Of a DNA stretch of 64,000 bases, positions 48,497 through 63,004 are shown piece after piece; position 1 is the stretch's first letter; each line of letters begins with the position of its first letter. Below the pieces are notes generated by a model. It worked only from the letters and a program-made list of their open reading frames with translations, made no database searches and was not told the DNA's origin. The stretch lies in the NCBI GenBank assembly GCA_012295275.1, contig CM022665.1, positions 6,014,001 through 6,078,000 of the forward strand. Reading direction: 5' to 3'. This DNA is from Chrysomallon squamiferum (taxonomy: Eukaryota > Animalia > Mollusca). A program made the position numbers and the translations under genes.

Positions 48497-49234
48497 ACAA
48501 GATAATGAATAACAGATTTGTTATTTTTATACTACTTTTTATTTTACACAGTCTATTTAGCACACGGTTCAGTCACATTTAATTTTTGTCAAAATTCATG
48601 GTTCAGCAACCATCAGTATTCACATACTTACAAGTACTTAAAAAGCTCTAAAACGTGTCTGTTTAATACATATAATGGCTAGTTATATTTTTTCTTCTTT
48701 TTTTTACCTGCTGTGTCTATTTTCACCGAACCCTAACACTACAGCAGACTGTTGCTTGCGTTAAATATTCTTAGAAATTCACAAGTGGGTCATAGCGCCG
48801 AACTCAAAAGAAGCGAGATTCAAGATCACATATTTTTGTTAGACCCGATTCACTTGCAAACAGTAGACTGACTACTACTTCACTGGTTATCTGTAGGCCT
48901 GTGATAAAATGTTCTCCTGTTTGGTGAAATTGGTATAAAAGACAGTTCGCTGATTCATGTATAAACAATTAAAAGTTTATTTGTGTAATCCAGCTGTATG
49001 CTAAACAAAACAGACGTAAAAGTCATGAATTAATGAGGCAATGATAATAATAATAATAACAGTAGTAGTAGTAGCAGTATTAGTGGTAGTAGTAGTAGTA
49101 ATAATAATAATAATAATAATTTAAAAATAATAATGACGGTGATGATGGTGATGTCAACGTTAATAATAAATAAATATGTTCTCTCGATCAGAGCAAGCTA
49201 CTCTCATTGAAATTATATCAAGGAATGGTGGCCC

Positions 49235-50478
49235 TTATTTCTTGCAAGCGGAATCTTGGTTCCTGGCAGTAGATTTGGATCTGTCGTCATTCGCTGAACT
49301 GGTCATGGACTTCATATAAAGAAGTAAAATTATGCAGACAAGGAGCCAACCGCCGGCTCCCAGTGCTGTAACAGTGAAAGCAAAACCTAGCGAGAACTTC
49401 GATTCAAACTGGTCGACAAAGAATGCTGAACAGTTGAAGCCATACACCAAGTTGCCGGTTGCAATGAAAAGCACTGAATTAAAGAAAAAAGACAGCAAAT
49501 AATAAATGATACGTTGCAAAAGAATGTTAGTAAAACACCTCGTTATAAGGCTTCAGTAACGAAATAATCTTAATATATCTGATTAACGAGTTAATGGTTT
49601 TAATCAACATCTGGCCTAAAGTTTTATGAAACAGTAATATCTGTTCAAAGTTAATTTAATTTAATTATGGAAAAAAAACCACGCCGAATAAACCAATATA
49701 TATACACACAAGGCAAAAATACATATTAAATTAACAGCAGTATCTTCTTTTTGTTTTTATTTTTGTTTTTCTTTATTATTATTATTATTTACCTTTTTTT
49801 AAAATTTCTTTTCTTTTCTTTTCTTTTTTCTTTTCTTCTTCTTATTATTTTTTAAATTTTATGCTCATATTTCGTTTCGTTTTGTTTCATGTTTGATATA
49901 ATACTGAAATCATTTTTGATGTTCTATCGAAAGGCATAAAAATTCACTGTAACATAAAAGTAAAACTGTTAGAGTAGATAAACGAATCGTCTACAGTTCG
50001 GAATGCAAAGAACTCGTCTTATATCAACTTATAATGTTTACTCACTTGTAGAGAATGACAGAACTGTTGCTGCTGTCAGGGTAACTGTGTTGTGTGACAG
50101 TTCTACAACAAACAGCTGTATGAAGACAAGAACTATTGTTGCTGTGGCAGTTACAATCGCCAGAGTCTCCATAACTAAAACAGCTTTAAACCATACTTGA
50201 TCTGAAATACAAATAACATGCTTAAATAGTTTACAGTCAGAAAAAAAATATAATAATCATAAATCTAAAAAAAAACCGACAACAACAAAACACACACACA
50301 CGCACAAAGACAACAAAAAAAATAAAAATAAAAGTAGAAAAATAAAAATCTCCCAAACCATTAAGGTACCTTAAATCTTGGCCAGGTTGTCATATTTTTA
50401 TCGGCTAAAAAGCATTCAATTTATTTTTGGTTCTGTGATAGCCAGTTATATCTAAAATATCTTCATTTTATTTTTTCA

Positions 50479-50518
<40 letters not shown>

Positions 50519-50900
50519 TTTAAACAAAAGAAACACAACAGTTTCAGCGTACCTCATTTAAGTACTGCTAAGTGTTATTAACAATCATTACAAATCAGTA
50601 CGAATATAACTGAATAGTGGGTTTTTTTTTTTTTTATCTTCATAAATAAATGAATTAACGGACAAACGCTTCGATATGATACAGAAAACGTACGCACACA
50701 TTAAACTCACCAGAAAGAAGTGAGAAATCTAAGGATGATGAACAAACGCCATTTTGACAAACCTCCCACAGCCCGCCTCTGAAAGTTGAGGTGTGGCTCC
50801 AGTACGGGGCGCTGTATCCTGTCAGATGAAGAAGAAATGTTACTATTACCAGCGTCGCCGCGGTTCTTAGCAGAGGCAGCGTTTTGTGACAGCAGCACAT
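49235..50900 (-). CDS. Claudin/PMP22/EMP-family tetraspan membrane protein, paralog A (~194 aa)
   Basis: Exons 50900-50711, 50201-50046 and 49473-49235 (phases 1,1). TM1 followed by the signature PYW..GLWEVCQNGVC; WFKAV; GFAF before TM4; four hydrophobic segments. Confidence 0.88.
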
Positions 50901-51254
50901 TATCCCAAATAAAACAGCAAAACTTCGGTGACTTGAAGTCTGGGTTTGTTCAGTCGATGTTCACAATTCCACTCACGTTCAGTGTTCTTAGTATTCATGT
51001 GGTGAAACACTGAGTAGAATTATAAGTAACATTTATAATTTTTCGTTTTGTATATAATGATTAATTAGAAAGGTCATAATTTTGATTTTGTGAATAAATA
51101 ATATATAGCTTTTTCGTAAAATAATGATGGCTAAAGAGGAAAATAGACAGATAGAGAGAAAGACAGACAAACAGACATATAGATAGAAATAGATAAGTAG
51201 ATAAATAGATAGATAGATAGATAGATAGATATATACCTACATACAAATATATAT

Positions 51255-51285
<31 letters not shown>

Positions 51286-51917
51286 GATAGATAGATGAAT
51301 ATATGAAAAATATATATATATATATATATATATATGAATATGTATCAATAATTCCTAATAGAAAAGCTGCTACTATAGTGACAGACAAATATGCAGTTAA
51401 GTTTAATAACGAATGACAAAGCACAACATTTAACAGCACGTATTTTATTTACTAGTTTCAAAGGCGCAAGAACATTCATACCTCAGGTAATGTTTAGGTT
51501 TACTCACCTATTTAACTATTTTTACATTTTTTATTACTATTATCATAAATTACCACTTTATTCTTAGTAATATATATATATATATATATTTTTTTTTTTT
51601 TGTGAAATTTGTTTTCATTTTAGTTCTACAAACTGTTTTACACAAGTGTAAATATTTATCAGTTTTCTTTTTAAGTAAACGTACTAACATGTTTTATGTG
51701 TTCCTAATTAGGCTGCACGACAAAATCATTTTATGTAAATAAAAGTATTATGTCATGTTTCACTGTCATTCGACACTTTAATAAACAAAGGCATCATCAA
51801 CATGTGACAAAGCTTGACTGTCCCAGTCGCCTACTTGGTTGTGTAATTAAATATGATCAACGTGAAAGATGTAGTCTGACTGCGATACTGCGTGGTCGTA
51901 ATGACGATAAAGAGAAT

Positions 51918-52050
<133 letters not shown>

Positions 52051-52097
52051 CACTTTTTCTCTCTGTCTGACTCGGAATGTCTTTGTTTTTTCCTCTG

Positions 52098-52138
<41 letters not shown>

Positions 52139-52168
52139 CTAGGTTAGAGCCAGAAGGTCTTAAGTGCT

Positions 52169-52200
<32 letters not shown>

Positions 52201-53330
52201 CCTGGCTCTGATTCCTCGATATATGTATGAATGCTCTAAACAATAAGTACTAATATGGTTGCTGATATTAAAATGACATAAGCATTATATCAAACAGTTG
52301 TCAACAAACACATGATGGAGTAATTATGTCGGTTGATGTCTTTAGAAAAAGTAGTTTAGCTCCGATTTTGTGAGTATTTTACTAACTGATGTGGAACAAA
52401 AAAATTCAACAGCTAATACTGTAAGCGCTGTCTGCAATGGCTTCAACTTATGTAGCTTGGGAGCCATAATCTTTAGTATACTTTATCTATCTGTCTGTCT
52501 AGTATTGACCTCGATTTCACAGGCTAAGAAGGGAGAGCACTTGTCCAGAAAATGCGAGTGTAAACATTAACTCTAAATATACCGAAACATTAAACTTTAG
52601 TAAACGTAACAGCTACATAATAATTAATATAATAGTATAAGAACAATACACAGACATAAAAACAATGTAAACAAATGTCATACAGTTTACGTAAAGAAAA
52701 ATGTACAGTCTATCTGTATGTCTGTCTGTCTGTCTGTCTGTCTGTCTGCCTGAGGCAGTCTCTGTCTTTGTCTCTCTGTCTATCTTTCTGTCTGTCAGTA
52801 TGTCTGTCATTCCATCTCTCTCTTTCTTTCATATATACACACACATACACATCTGCACCAGTAAATTAGACTATCACTGAAACAAATCGATACAGGTGCT
52901 GTATGCCACGAAAAAAGATTCGAATACGGTAATGTTTTGTAATATTTTTATTTCATTTTCCGTACATTTCTAGATAAACAAAAGAAAAAAATAATAATAG
53001 ATATCACGATTTATGAACTGAAATACATTTTTCTAGTCCATATGGTAGCTTTGATAGTAGATAAAAAAAAGAAAAAATAATAACAATGCTTCATTCACTG
53101 TTTTAATCTTATCTTGCTTATTAAATAGTTCAAAAATAAACATATTAGTAATCCGAATCCATTTAACTTGCTTGTATAGAATGTCAGTTTTCTTCGTTAT
53201 AAATATCACAAGTATCAGTTGAAATAGTAGGTGTGATTGTATGTATTTACTATATTTTTTCTCTCTCTTTTTTTGTTCACAGTTGTAATAATATAGGTAC
53301 ACTGGATGACACTTCAAGATATGTGTTTGT

Positions 53331-53332
<2 letters not shown>

Positions 53333-53401
<69 letters not shown>
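53333..53401. repeat. (GT)n microsatellite
   Basis: Uninterrupted gt run. Confidence 0.95.
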
Positions 53402-53402
<1 letters not shown>

Positions 53403-53879
53403 TATCTGTGTGTGCTTTATTAAGTGTTTTTGCATGCACTGAATGATTAGTAATAATTTAGATATATATCAGAATCTGGCGTTTTGGAGTTATAAAGATT
53501 TCTTCGATTCGTAACTCTTGATGGCTGTATTAAAAATTACAATAGAACCGTAACAGAATAAAGACTTAAAACATTCTGTTTGAAGGTAAATATTTAATAA
53601 CTAAAGTTCCCAGTCAACTAAATTTCAAGCAATAACAACAATTTTACAAAGCTTAATTTGGTTGATTTGTATATTTTATTCCTGAAAGGTATAGCTTCGT
53701 TTTAATCACGATTGCACCATTCCCCAAAACACATATAATAGTTATCCATCTAACAAAATATCATTAACCGAAATAAATATAAAGATCGGAATACGTGAAT
53801 TACTGTGTACATAAAACTGTACTAAACTCCTGATTAGGTATTTTATTTATAACAAATATAATAATTAATTAGTCAGCAT

Positions 53880-55355
53880 TTATGGATGATCAGTTTTAGG
53901 TTCATCTGCTGGCCGAACCATTTCATGGTGGTTGTCTGCAAATTTATTTCTTCGTTCCTCCAGTTTGTGGTCGAGATCTACAGCAAGTAATATCGCTGTT
54001 ACCAGCCAGCCGACCATAGACAGGTTCATGAGAATATAGGCGAAACCAACGAGAAAATCAGTGGCGAACACAGCCTCGAAAAACACAGAGCCTTTAGTAG
54101 CATAGATGACAATTCCAGCTAGGATGAGTACCACTGCAAATAAACAGAACAATAACGAATGAAATCGTGATCAAATGAATGCAGAAAAGAATGAGGTCGG
54201 ACGAATGACTGAAATAGTGTTTAACGATATTTTAAAATATTTCATCATTAATGGGCAATAACTGTTAATATTATAGTACAATTATATTTCAGAAAATAAA
54301 TCCTATGTTGTCACTCGAGTTGCTAGTCTTGTGATTTAGCATGAAGATTTTTTTTGTTGTTTTTTGTTTTAGATCTACCCTGTCAGAAACGTTTTGGTCT
54401 TAGTAAGACAGAAAAGAGAATGTTAGTCTGGTGATAGGATTACGAAGTGTCGTTGTTTTACCTGTTAGAAATGACAGAACTGTTGCCACTACCAGGAACG
54501 ATTTGCTCTGAGCCTTTGAGCTGGAAAACAGTACAACGAGGACGAGGATGGTAGTTGTGCCAGCACTGATCACTCCTATAGCTTCCACAACCTGCACTAC
54601 TCGAAACCACATTTGTCCTGAAGGAAAAGAATACCTTAGGTCCGATGATTCAGAATACAAAAACATAAATAACCATTAGCATGGCCATCATAAACATAGG
54701 CATCACTGCGATCGTACTCATCATCATATCATCATTATCATTATTATCGTTTTCATCATTATCGTTAGTGTTGTCGTTGTAGTTGTTGTTATGGTTATAA
54801 TTATTATTATTATTGTAATCATTAATATTATTATTATTATTACTACTAGTACTACTACAACTACTACTACTACTATTATTACTATTATTAAAGTATTCCT
54901 ATGCTGATAAGTACGAGTTTATTATATTTCTGTCATATTTCATTGTTGACAAAGATCATCGCTTTATGTATATAAGTAATTACCACCAAAGCTATTCTTT
55001 AAAATAAGCACGTTATAAAGTTTTATTTAGCAAAAATCAAAACAGACAAAATCAAAAATTCTCGGTTTAGCTATATTCGAAGAATACTTTAATTCCTAAC
55101 AAACGTTAACTGTTCTAGAAACAAAACATGAAGTATCGTTTAAAACAATGGAATCTACTAACCACTGAGGGCGGGCGAATCCAGCGACGACACGCACATT
55201 CCGTTCTGACAGACCTCCCACAGACCTTCGTTAGAATTCGTTCTCTGACTCCAGAACGGCGACGTGAAACCAATCAGATGAGAAAAGAAAGTGACGAAGA
55301 TCACCAAGGCTGCGAGCTTCAACGCGACTGAAGTTTTACCACACTGGAACACCAT
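53880..55355 (-). CDS. Claudin/PMP22/EMP-family tetraspan membrane protein, paralog B (~200 aa)
   Basis: Exons 55355-55163, 54617-54462 and 54133-53880 (phases 1,1). PFW..EGLWEVCQNGMC; WFRVVQ; GFAY. Same intron positions and the same 156-nt middle exon as paralog A. Confidence 0.88.
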
Positions 55356-55751
55356 ACTGATACTATTTTAGTGATCACTTGGCACACAACGGAAACCTTA
55401 TCTTGTGATGATGATCAGTTGGTCGTTTCGTTTAAATAGACACATTTCTACACGTTATGCAAGACGGCGTGAGGCACATACCTAAACGATTCGGAAAAAA
55501 GGCTTCTTGTAATGCGCTAAGTTTATGCACAATGGTTATGGGTTTGAATTTTGTCTAGGAATAATAATCGATATGATAATATTGCAGCTAATATGACGGG
55601 AAAATGTAATTAAATCAGAACTAGGTGAGAAATTATTCCACCAATGCATTATCAATTCAGACATAACCTCTGTTAAGCTATAATGTTTCGGGAAATAATA
55701 AGTAAGTAAGTAAGTTAAGGAATGAAGGAAGGAAGGAAGGAAGTAAATAAG

Positions 55752-55782
<31 letters not shown>

Positions 55783-56144
55783 ATGTTAATTTTAAAAATC
55801 CCGGTTTTCAAACGTTCATTCGTCTGAGAAAATATACTCCACTTGTATAGGCTGTATTTTTTAAATATTTGTTTATAACAGAAACAATACTGTTATTATT
55901 ATTATTAGAACCACTACGATTCCTGTTGCAGCTAGTAGCAGTAGTAATAGTAGTCTTGTTGTTGCTGTTGTTTTTGTCATGTCTGTAATTATTGTGGCTG
56001 GTTTTGCTGCTGTTGCTGTATTTGCTATTTTTTTTTTTTTTTAATTGTTTTCTCTAGTTGTTTTTGTAAACTGCTTATTTGTAGTTGCTGTTGTTGTGAT
56101 TGTGTTGTCATTGTTATTTTTGTTTTGTTTTTGTTACTATTAGT

Positions 56145-56186
<42 letters not shown>

Positions 56187-56319
56187 ATTATTATTATTAT
56201 TATTATTAACACAGTGGTTTATTAAACGCAAACAAACAGTGGAGTAATAATGTTCATTTCTGAGCTTTCGTATTTGGTACTAGGTGTGGAAATTAGCTGT
56301 TAATTTAGAACAGTCTGTT

Positions 56320-56357
<38 letters not shown>

Positions 56358-58180
56358 CACTAATCCCAAATTTGAGAAGCTCAGCAACAGTTTCAATAAC
56401 AAATGTAACTATCAGCCAGTTCAGAACGTCCTGAACGATAATAAAAAAAAAAAAAAAAAAAAAAAAAATCACGCCGCCACTGTCCATTACGTCATACCTT
56501 TTCAAATTTTAAACACGGATATGTTTCAAGTATTCATTACATAACGTCCACTGTTACGTCTATTTCTGTAACTACGAATTGAGTTACTAATCGAAATAAA
56601 TGTTAACTGGAGTGTAATGACCATGCACTTTTTTTTTTTTGCCATGTTTAAATGAATGTGCAAATGGGTGTACGTACGAATGTGTATACTATGTTCGTAG
56701 GTACGTATGCACTTAATTTACATCATTGCACCAGTAGTTGGTGGGCATGTTTTTATGCTCTTGTGGATCTAATTATCACAAGTATGACATTGTTCGACAC
56801 GTCTGGTGTAGTGTTACATTAGAACGTATTGGCCACGTCTCATTACGTTTCAGATAATATTACACTAATGAATTTGTGCATTGTTTAAAGAGCAGATTTA
56901 AACACTTGTCTTTCTCCACTGTTTATTATATAGCTGATACGCTGACGATAAGCTTTCTTTTCTTTCTGTTTTTTTCATATATAGGAGGGAAAATATGTTA
57001 CAAAGAAGAAAAAAAAATAAGAAAAAGATAAAACAACAGAAAGAGGATTTACAGTGGCGAAATTTCAAGCAGCTTTTCTGTTTATAGGTGGTGGTATTGT
57101 TTTTCTTTTCTTTTTCTTCTTTTTTTTTTTTTTTTTATAAAGTCTACCGTTAATTTTAAAAGTTGATACAAACAGTGTTAATAAAAGAACAAGGTGTCAA
57201 GTAATATTATTATAACAGTTTCTAAAATTTGTGTTTCATAATCTAGCTTGACTATACATTAAAAACAATATCATCATCTAACCTGTTAAAAATAATATAT
57301 TTTTATTATTATTATTGTCGTTTGTTGTTGATGTTGTTATTATTATTATTATCATTATTATTATTTTAAAATTATGATAAATTGGGAAAGTGTTTACTTG
57401 TTTAAACGTATCACTCTGTTGACTGAAAAATCTGCCTGGCACATGAAGTAGAGTTAGGTTTAGTTACTGAGGATAGACGTTTACATTACTGTATATTCTG
57501 TTCTACAATAAAGTTACAGTAGTTGCCAAAATGCTATCTTGATATTTCCAAGCCATAAAGCCAATGGTTTACCTTTATGGTTTTCGTGTTAGATAATCTA
57601 TTTAGTCTCTAGGTAATTAGGACTGCACAACGTGGCATGTGCCTTGGTCAAAACTGTGTGGGCCATTTTGTCAAGACGCCTACGATTTCACTCAAATTTT
57701 ATAAAGCGCTTTCTGGGTTTTGGTGGGGGTTTTTCACAATTAATTATTCAGGTATTTCTCTTCCAAAAAGTGTGAATAGACTTTTATCTAAATTCTGAAG
57801 TTACTTGTAATATTAAGAGGTTTATTTAGTTAAATCTGATGTTATTTCGTTTCAGTAGCTGTCTGTACGAGAGTAGACCGTTGCTTGGCGGCAGCATATT
57901 TTCATTTTCTTATTGTTTGCTGCTAATATTAATTAAATTTCCAGAACAATTTGTTATTATTATTATTTTATTTTGTCTGGGTTTTTTGTTAACATCACCA
58001 AAATAAAATAAATAACTAAATAAAATAAACAAACAACAATAACTTATTTGTATTCTTAAAAAAACAGAATACATATAATTTCCTGACCTGATTACACAGT
58101 AATCAAACAACAGCATTCTGAGATATAGAAATAAATATATTAACTTTATCATACACTTTACCTTCAACAATAACTCATAC

Positions 58181-60165
58181 CTATGTTATGTCCATGGCAT
58201 AAATTTCAGCCACGTCTCTAATAAGAGCTAAGTCAATTATTTTTATTTGTTCATCGTCATATTGTCCATTTGGTGTAGAATTCCTGTTTGCACTGCTCTG
58301 TGCGCGGAAAGAAGCATTTTCATTCCTTTCTAGTCTTGCATTTTCTTTAGACGCGTGTTTCACTGTATTATAACAGTCCTCCATAGCAATGTGACTGGAG
58401 TGTTCAAAATGTTCGATGGCAGATATTATGTTATTGAAACAACATGTGTGCGTCTTGTCAAAGTCTTCACTTTTTATTTCTTGATTTGTCACATATTCTG
58501 CTGAGAAGTCACGACTGAAAACACTGTCTTGTTTCCTTCTGTCAGAGTATTCTATTCGATTGGGAAAATCAAAGCCGTTATTTTCGAAGTACTCTTGAAG
58601 ACCCGTTGATCTTTGCTGAGTCCTTGCGCTGTACGAATTCTGATCATGATTCTGATCTGGTTTCAGAAAGAGAATTTGTTTCAACACACTGTCGTCTACA
58701 CCCGTCTCTTCGACTACTTTCCCGTTGTTGTTATCATCCACTTCCTCAACTACTACTTCAGGATGGGTTGTGTTAATTCCCAACTGTGATAAAAATAGCA
58801 CATTTTCATTGTTATTTTTGTTAATCGGAAATTCGGTGCAAGCATTCTCTGTGGCTACCAGATTAACATAGCTATTACCCTGGCCTGGGACTGTGTAGTT
58901 ATCGGTCATCCTTTCCTGGTTGCTGTCTGTGGAACACGACGGTCTTTTCAAAGAGCTGTGTCCACCAGTATTCTCACTAGTAAGAAGCGACAGCATGTTT
59001 TCAATTTCGGAGGTTGTCAGAAACGGTTCAGGAGGTTGCGTATACGGAGCAGGTGACAGTGGTTTTGACAGTGTTTCTGATTCGAATGAAAGTGATGATG
59101 ACGATGATGAATATGACGCCGAGTTCGAAAACGGAGATGATCCGGAGGCTGGTGACGCCGCTGCAGATGATCCGGAAATTGGCGAAATCGCCGCTGGCGA
59201 CAGCGTAACCGGTGAAGTTGGCGCCGGTGATGATGATGAATAGGATGATGATGATGATGATGATGATGACCTTGATGAAACGGATGCTGACCTAGATGAA
59301 AGAGATGATTCTGGTAGATAAGTCGACGTCACTTTTTGATCCGATGGTGATGTTGTTGACAACGGCGTCAACGATTCTAACCGTGCAGAGAACATGTTTG
59401 TCACCGAGTCTGGTTCTGAGCGGAAGACGTTCTGGCTGACTGACGAAAACGCAGAGGACAGCGGTGGCAGAGACGACGACATCATGGATGACGTGGCTGA
59501 GTGAGAACGTTCTGAACAGTCTGGTAGTTCGGGTGCGAGGTATTCTGTTGACGTTGGTGCACGCACATTTTCATCAGAAGCGTCCAGCACGTGCGATCTG
59601 TGGTAGTTTCCGGGACACGGTAAACCCAACCCTTGATTGTCAGCAGTGTTTTGGTAACAACTTGACAACTCCTCGGAATTTAAACCAGCGTCAGAGCTTT
59701 CGAAATATTTGCCTTTTTGTGAGTGCGAAGGAAACGATTTAGTAAGAAGTGAAATGAGGGATAACGAAGAGTCTCTGGACTCGTCCACAACAACGGACTT
59801 CTGACTGTCCGTCTGTGCTGAACGTTGTTGTTGGTCTTCCTTCTGGCTGCTCATTTTGGCTTCGTGGCAGTATCTTAAAGATAATTTCCTTAAATTATCA
59901 TTTTCTGGGCTAAATGTTTTTCTTGGACGACCCATTTTGATGGCTGAAAGAACAGTAACTAAACTGTCATATACAGTTTTCTCTAGACAATGAAATCTCA
60001 ATTTTAAGGTGAAGCTAATATAATTGTAAAAAAAAAAAAATAATAATAATAATAATAATAACAAATAAATACAAACATTGTAATCTTAAAAATAACGGTA
60101 TATTGTGAATCTTACTGAATATAGATGTCACTGTTAACATTTTATCGTTAATCATAAATGAACTG

Positions 60166-60196
<31 letters not shown>

Positions 60197-62357
60197 AAAG
60201 TAATAATTATTATTAGTTTAAGAAATAAACCTACCATCACGTGACATGCCGAGTGACACACATTTCTGGTAACGACAAAAACGACAGTTGTTACGATTTC
60301 TAGGATTGATCACGCAGGAATGTTTCTGGGTACACAGGTAAGTTTTGTGTTCTACAAGTCCTCGCCGAAAGAATTTCTATATTGAGATTACCAAATATTT
60401 ATAATAAAAATACAGCAATTAAAAAACCCCAAAACATTATAAATTGCCTTTACACTAACTGTCAAGCCTATGTAAAAATATTTTGAAAGTAAAATCCAAA
60501 CATGTTTCTGTATTAAAAGAGTTACAAAATATTTTCCAATTGTTTTAAACTTTCCTTCATCAATATCAACGTTTTTCTTTTAATAATACTTCGTGAATTT
60601 CCATATTTTTCGTTCGTTAAACTTTAAATTCGTAATCTGAGTTCGCTTAATACATTTTTTTGTTTTGCAAATGCGATTTGAAAACTTAAAAACAGTATGT
60701 AAAACGTTTTGCATTTGTTTCTTGCAATGTAAGCCATGAAAACACTACAAAATTCTGAACTGAGCCGAATTAAGGTTATTATTAACAAACTGATTTAATG
60801 TTTCTTACTTTACATCCTTCGCAAGTTTTGATTCCAAAATGAGTCCCGTTAGCGATGTCACCACAAACCAAACATAGGATCTGACCGTCCGCGGGCTCAA
60901 CTTTCTCCGGTTTTTCTGTTCAAAAGCAATTATTACTTAGCACGAACAATCACATATTCATTATTCTTATTTCTACCAAAACAATGATACTGAATAATAA
61001 AAGTTACTGCATAACATCTCACATGGTGTTGCACGCCAATAGTTTAGTTCTGTTACGCAGTGAAACTACTTGACTATTTTCGTTAAGAAAACATCAAAAT
61101 GTCTATATAATCAAAATTACTTTTCTTTAAGAATAATTTTCACCAATAACAAATGATTATTTATTATGTTAAATATGATTTGTTAAAGAACATAATTTAA
61201 AAAAATCCATTAGAAAAGTTTTCTCAAATTACTTAGATCATAAAATAAAACGTTTAATTATTGAAAGACGAAACTGCTTCTCGGTAGTCTTGTAGATATA
61301 CGTTTCAATGAATTTACGACAGTCTAGAATAATATTTTTCCAAAAGGCTTTTATTTTTAATTTCTGACAAACAAAGATTTCCTCGCAACTATATTACTTA
61401 ATGCATGTTATGGATTCTCCTTGGAACAATATTTGTAAAAAACATATTTTTGATGATTGTGGTTTAACATATACATGGACTTATCACAAATTTGATAATG
61501 TTAAATGGTTACGTGAAACGACATCCAAAATATTTCATGATCAACAAATACTGAAAATTGAAACTGAAATGTCTCCAAAGGATATTAATTATACATTTTG
61601 TTTTAAAAATGAATTGAATTTAGAAAATTATCTTACTGTGCAGCCTCAAAAGAATGTTAATATAAATTTAGAACCTCTAATGTTACACTTCCTACTGAAA
61701 CTGGATGATGGTTTAATATTCTAAGAGAAAATAGAAAATGTCATATTTGTAGACTTGACAAAATTGAAGATGAATATCATCATATATTTGAATGTGATGA
61801 TCCTATATTATTAAATGCAAGAAAAGGTATACGAGATAAATATACGAGACATCCAAATATATTTTCATATAATAATATTAAAAACGTTATGTTTGTTAAT
61901 AAGAACTATATACGTGAGAGAATATGTCATCCACGTTAAACTTCCGCGCATGTGCAGTTTGATTTTGTTGTTACATGTCTGTAACACATTCTTCTCTGTA
62001 CTGTAATTCAACAGTTCATGAGAATAAAGTCGCTGTCATTGACATTGTCACATACAGTAGACCAATAAGCTTGGACTGCTCGCTTATGGAAGGTGATTAG
62101 GGATCGGTGTGTTTTAAAGTGTTCGAGTCACTGACTGGGGATTGCCGCTCTGAGAAAAAGAAACTCAACAGCTGTTTTGTACCAGAGATAGCTAACAGCT
62201 GTGTGCAACCCGTATGGGAACTGACCCTTCGTGAAAAAGTACTTCATAAATGTGTGACCGACACCTTCACCTCTGGGTCATTCGAGTGCTAAGTGATTCA
62301 AAGACTTTATCGACGGTCATGTATAGAGTGATGAGAATCTGACATAACTGCACGGTG

Positions 62358-62411
<54 letters not shown>

Positions 62412-62690
62412 AAAGAAACGATTATTTCAAACCATCGTCAGAATAAGGAATTTATTTCATGTTTTATTTCGGAAAACAATATTAGCACTCGTTAACGCGG
62501 AGAGTAAAGCAGAATCCTTATTTCTTCCATTCCAGAAAGTAACATCGAACCGTTTTATCCAAAGAGCCTGTGATGTTCATCAACAGCAGGAATCCAAGAA
62601 ATGACGACAAAATTTTCCTCTCTCTTTTAATACTGCTGTTATTACTATTATTACTATTACTGCTGTTACTACTACTACCATTAATAACAA

Positions 62691-62747
<57 letters not shown>

Positions 62748-62971
62748 TAATAATAGACTATTGACATATTATTATTACCGTTTATATTAATAAAAATAAT
62801 ATTTGCTCAGCTTAGTTTGCTTTTCTTTCAGGATTAGAATAATAAATAAATAAATAATAATAATAATAATAATAATAATAATTTAAAAAAAATAATAATG
62901 ATAAAAATAATAATAATAGTAATAATAATAATAATAATAATAATTAAAAAATAATAATAATAATAATAACA

Positions 62972-63004
<33 letters not shown>

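Noticed and set aside
57400-57920. Possible LBD exons downstream of the receptor stop (e.g. LHVPGRF; NENMLPPSNGLLSYRQLLKR)
   Set aside because: Weak acceptors, wrong phase or early stops; the resemblance is too slight to call.
58920-59742. Plus-strand acidic ORFs (107, 64 and 92 aa)
   Set aside because: Antisense shadows of the Ser-rich receptor exon.
59944-60064. N-terminal 40 aa of the 627-aa ORF ([12 protein letters not shown]...) as a signal peptide or start
   Set aside because: Intronic microsatellite read-through; a clean acceptor (ctgttctttcag) before 59943 joins the upstream DBD exon in frame.
60238-60243. CACGTG E-box upstream of the long ORF
   Set aside because: It is coding sequence (TCA CGT GAT, Ser-Arg-Asp) in the DBD2 exon.
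61401-61724. 107-aa plus-strand ORF
   Set aside because: AT-rich, antisense within a receptor intron, no motif recognised; possibly TE debris.
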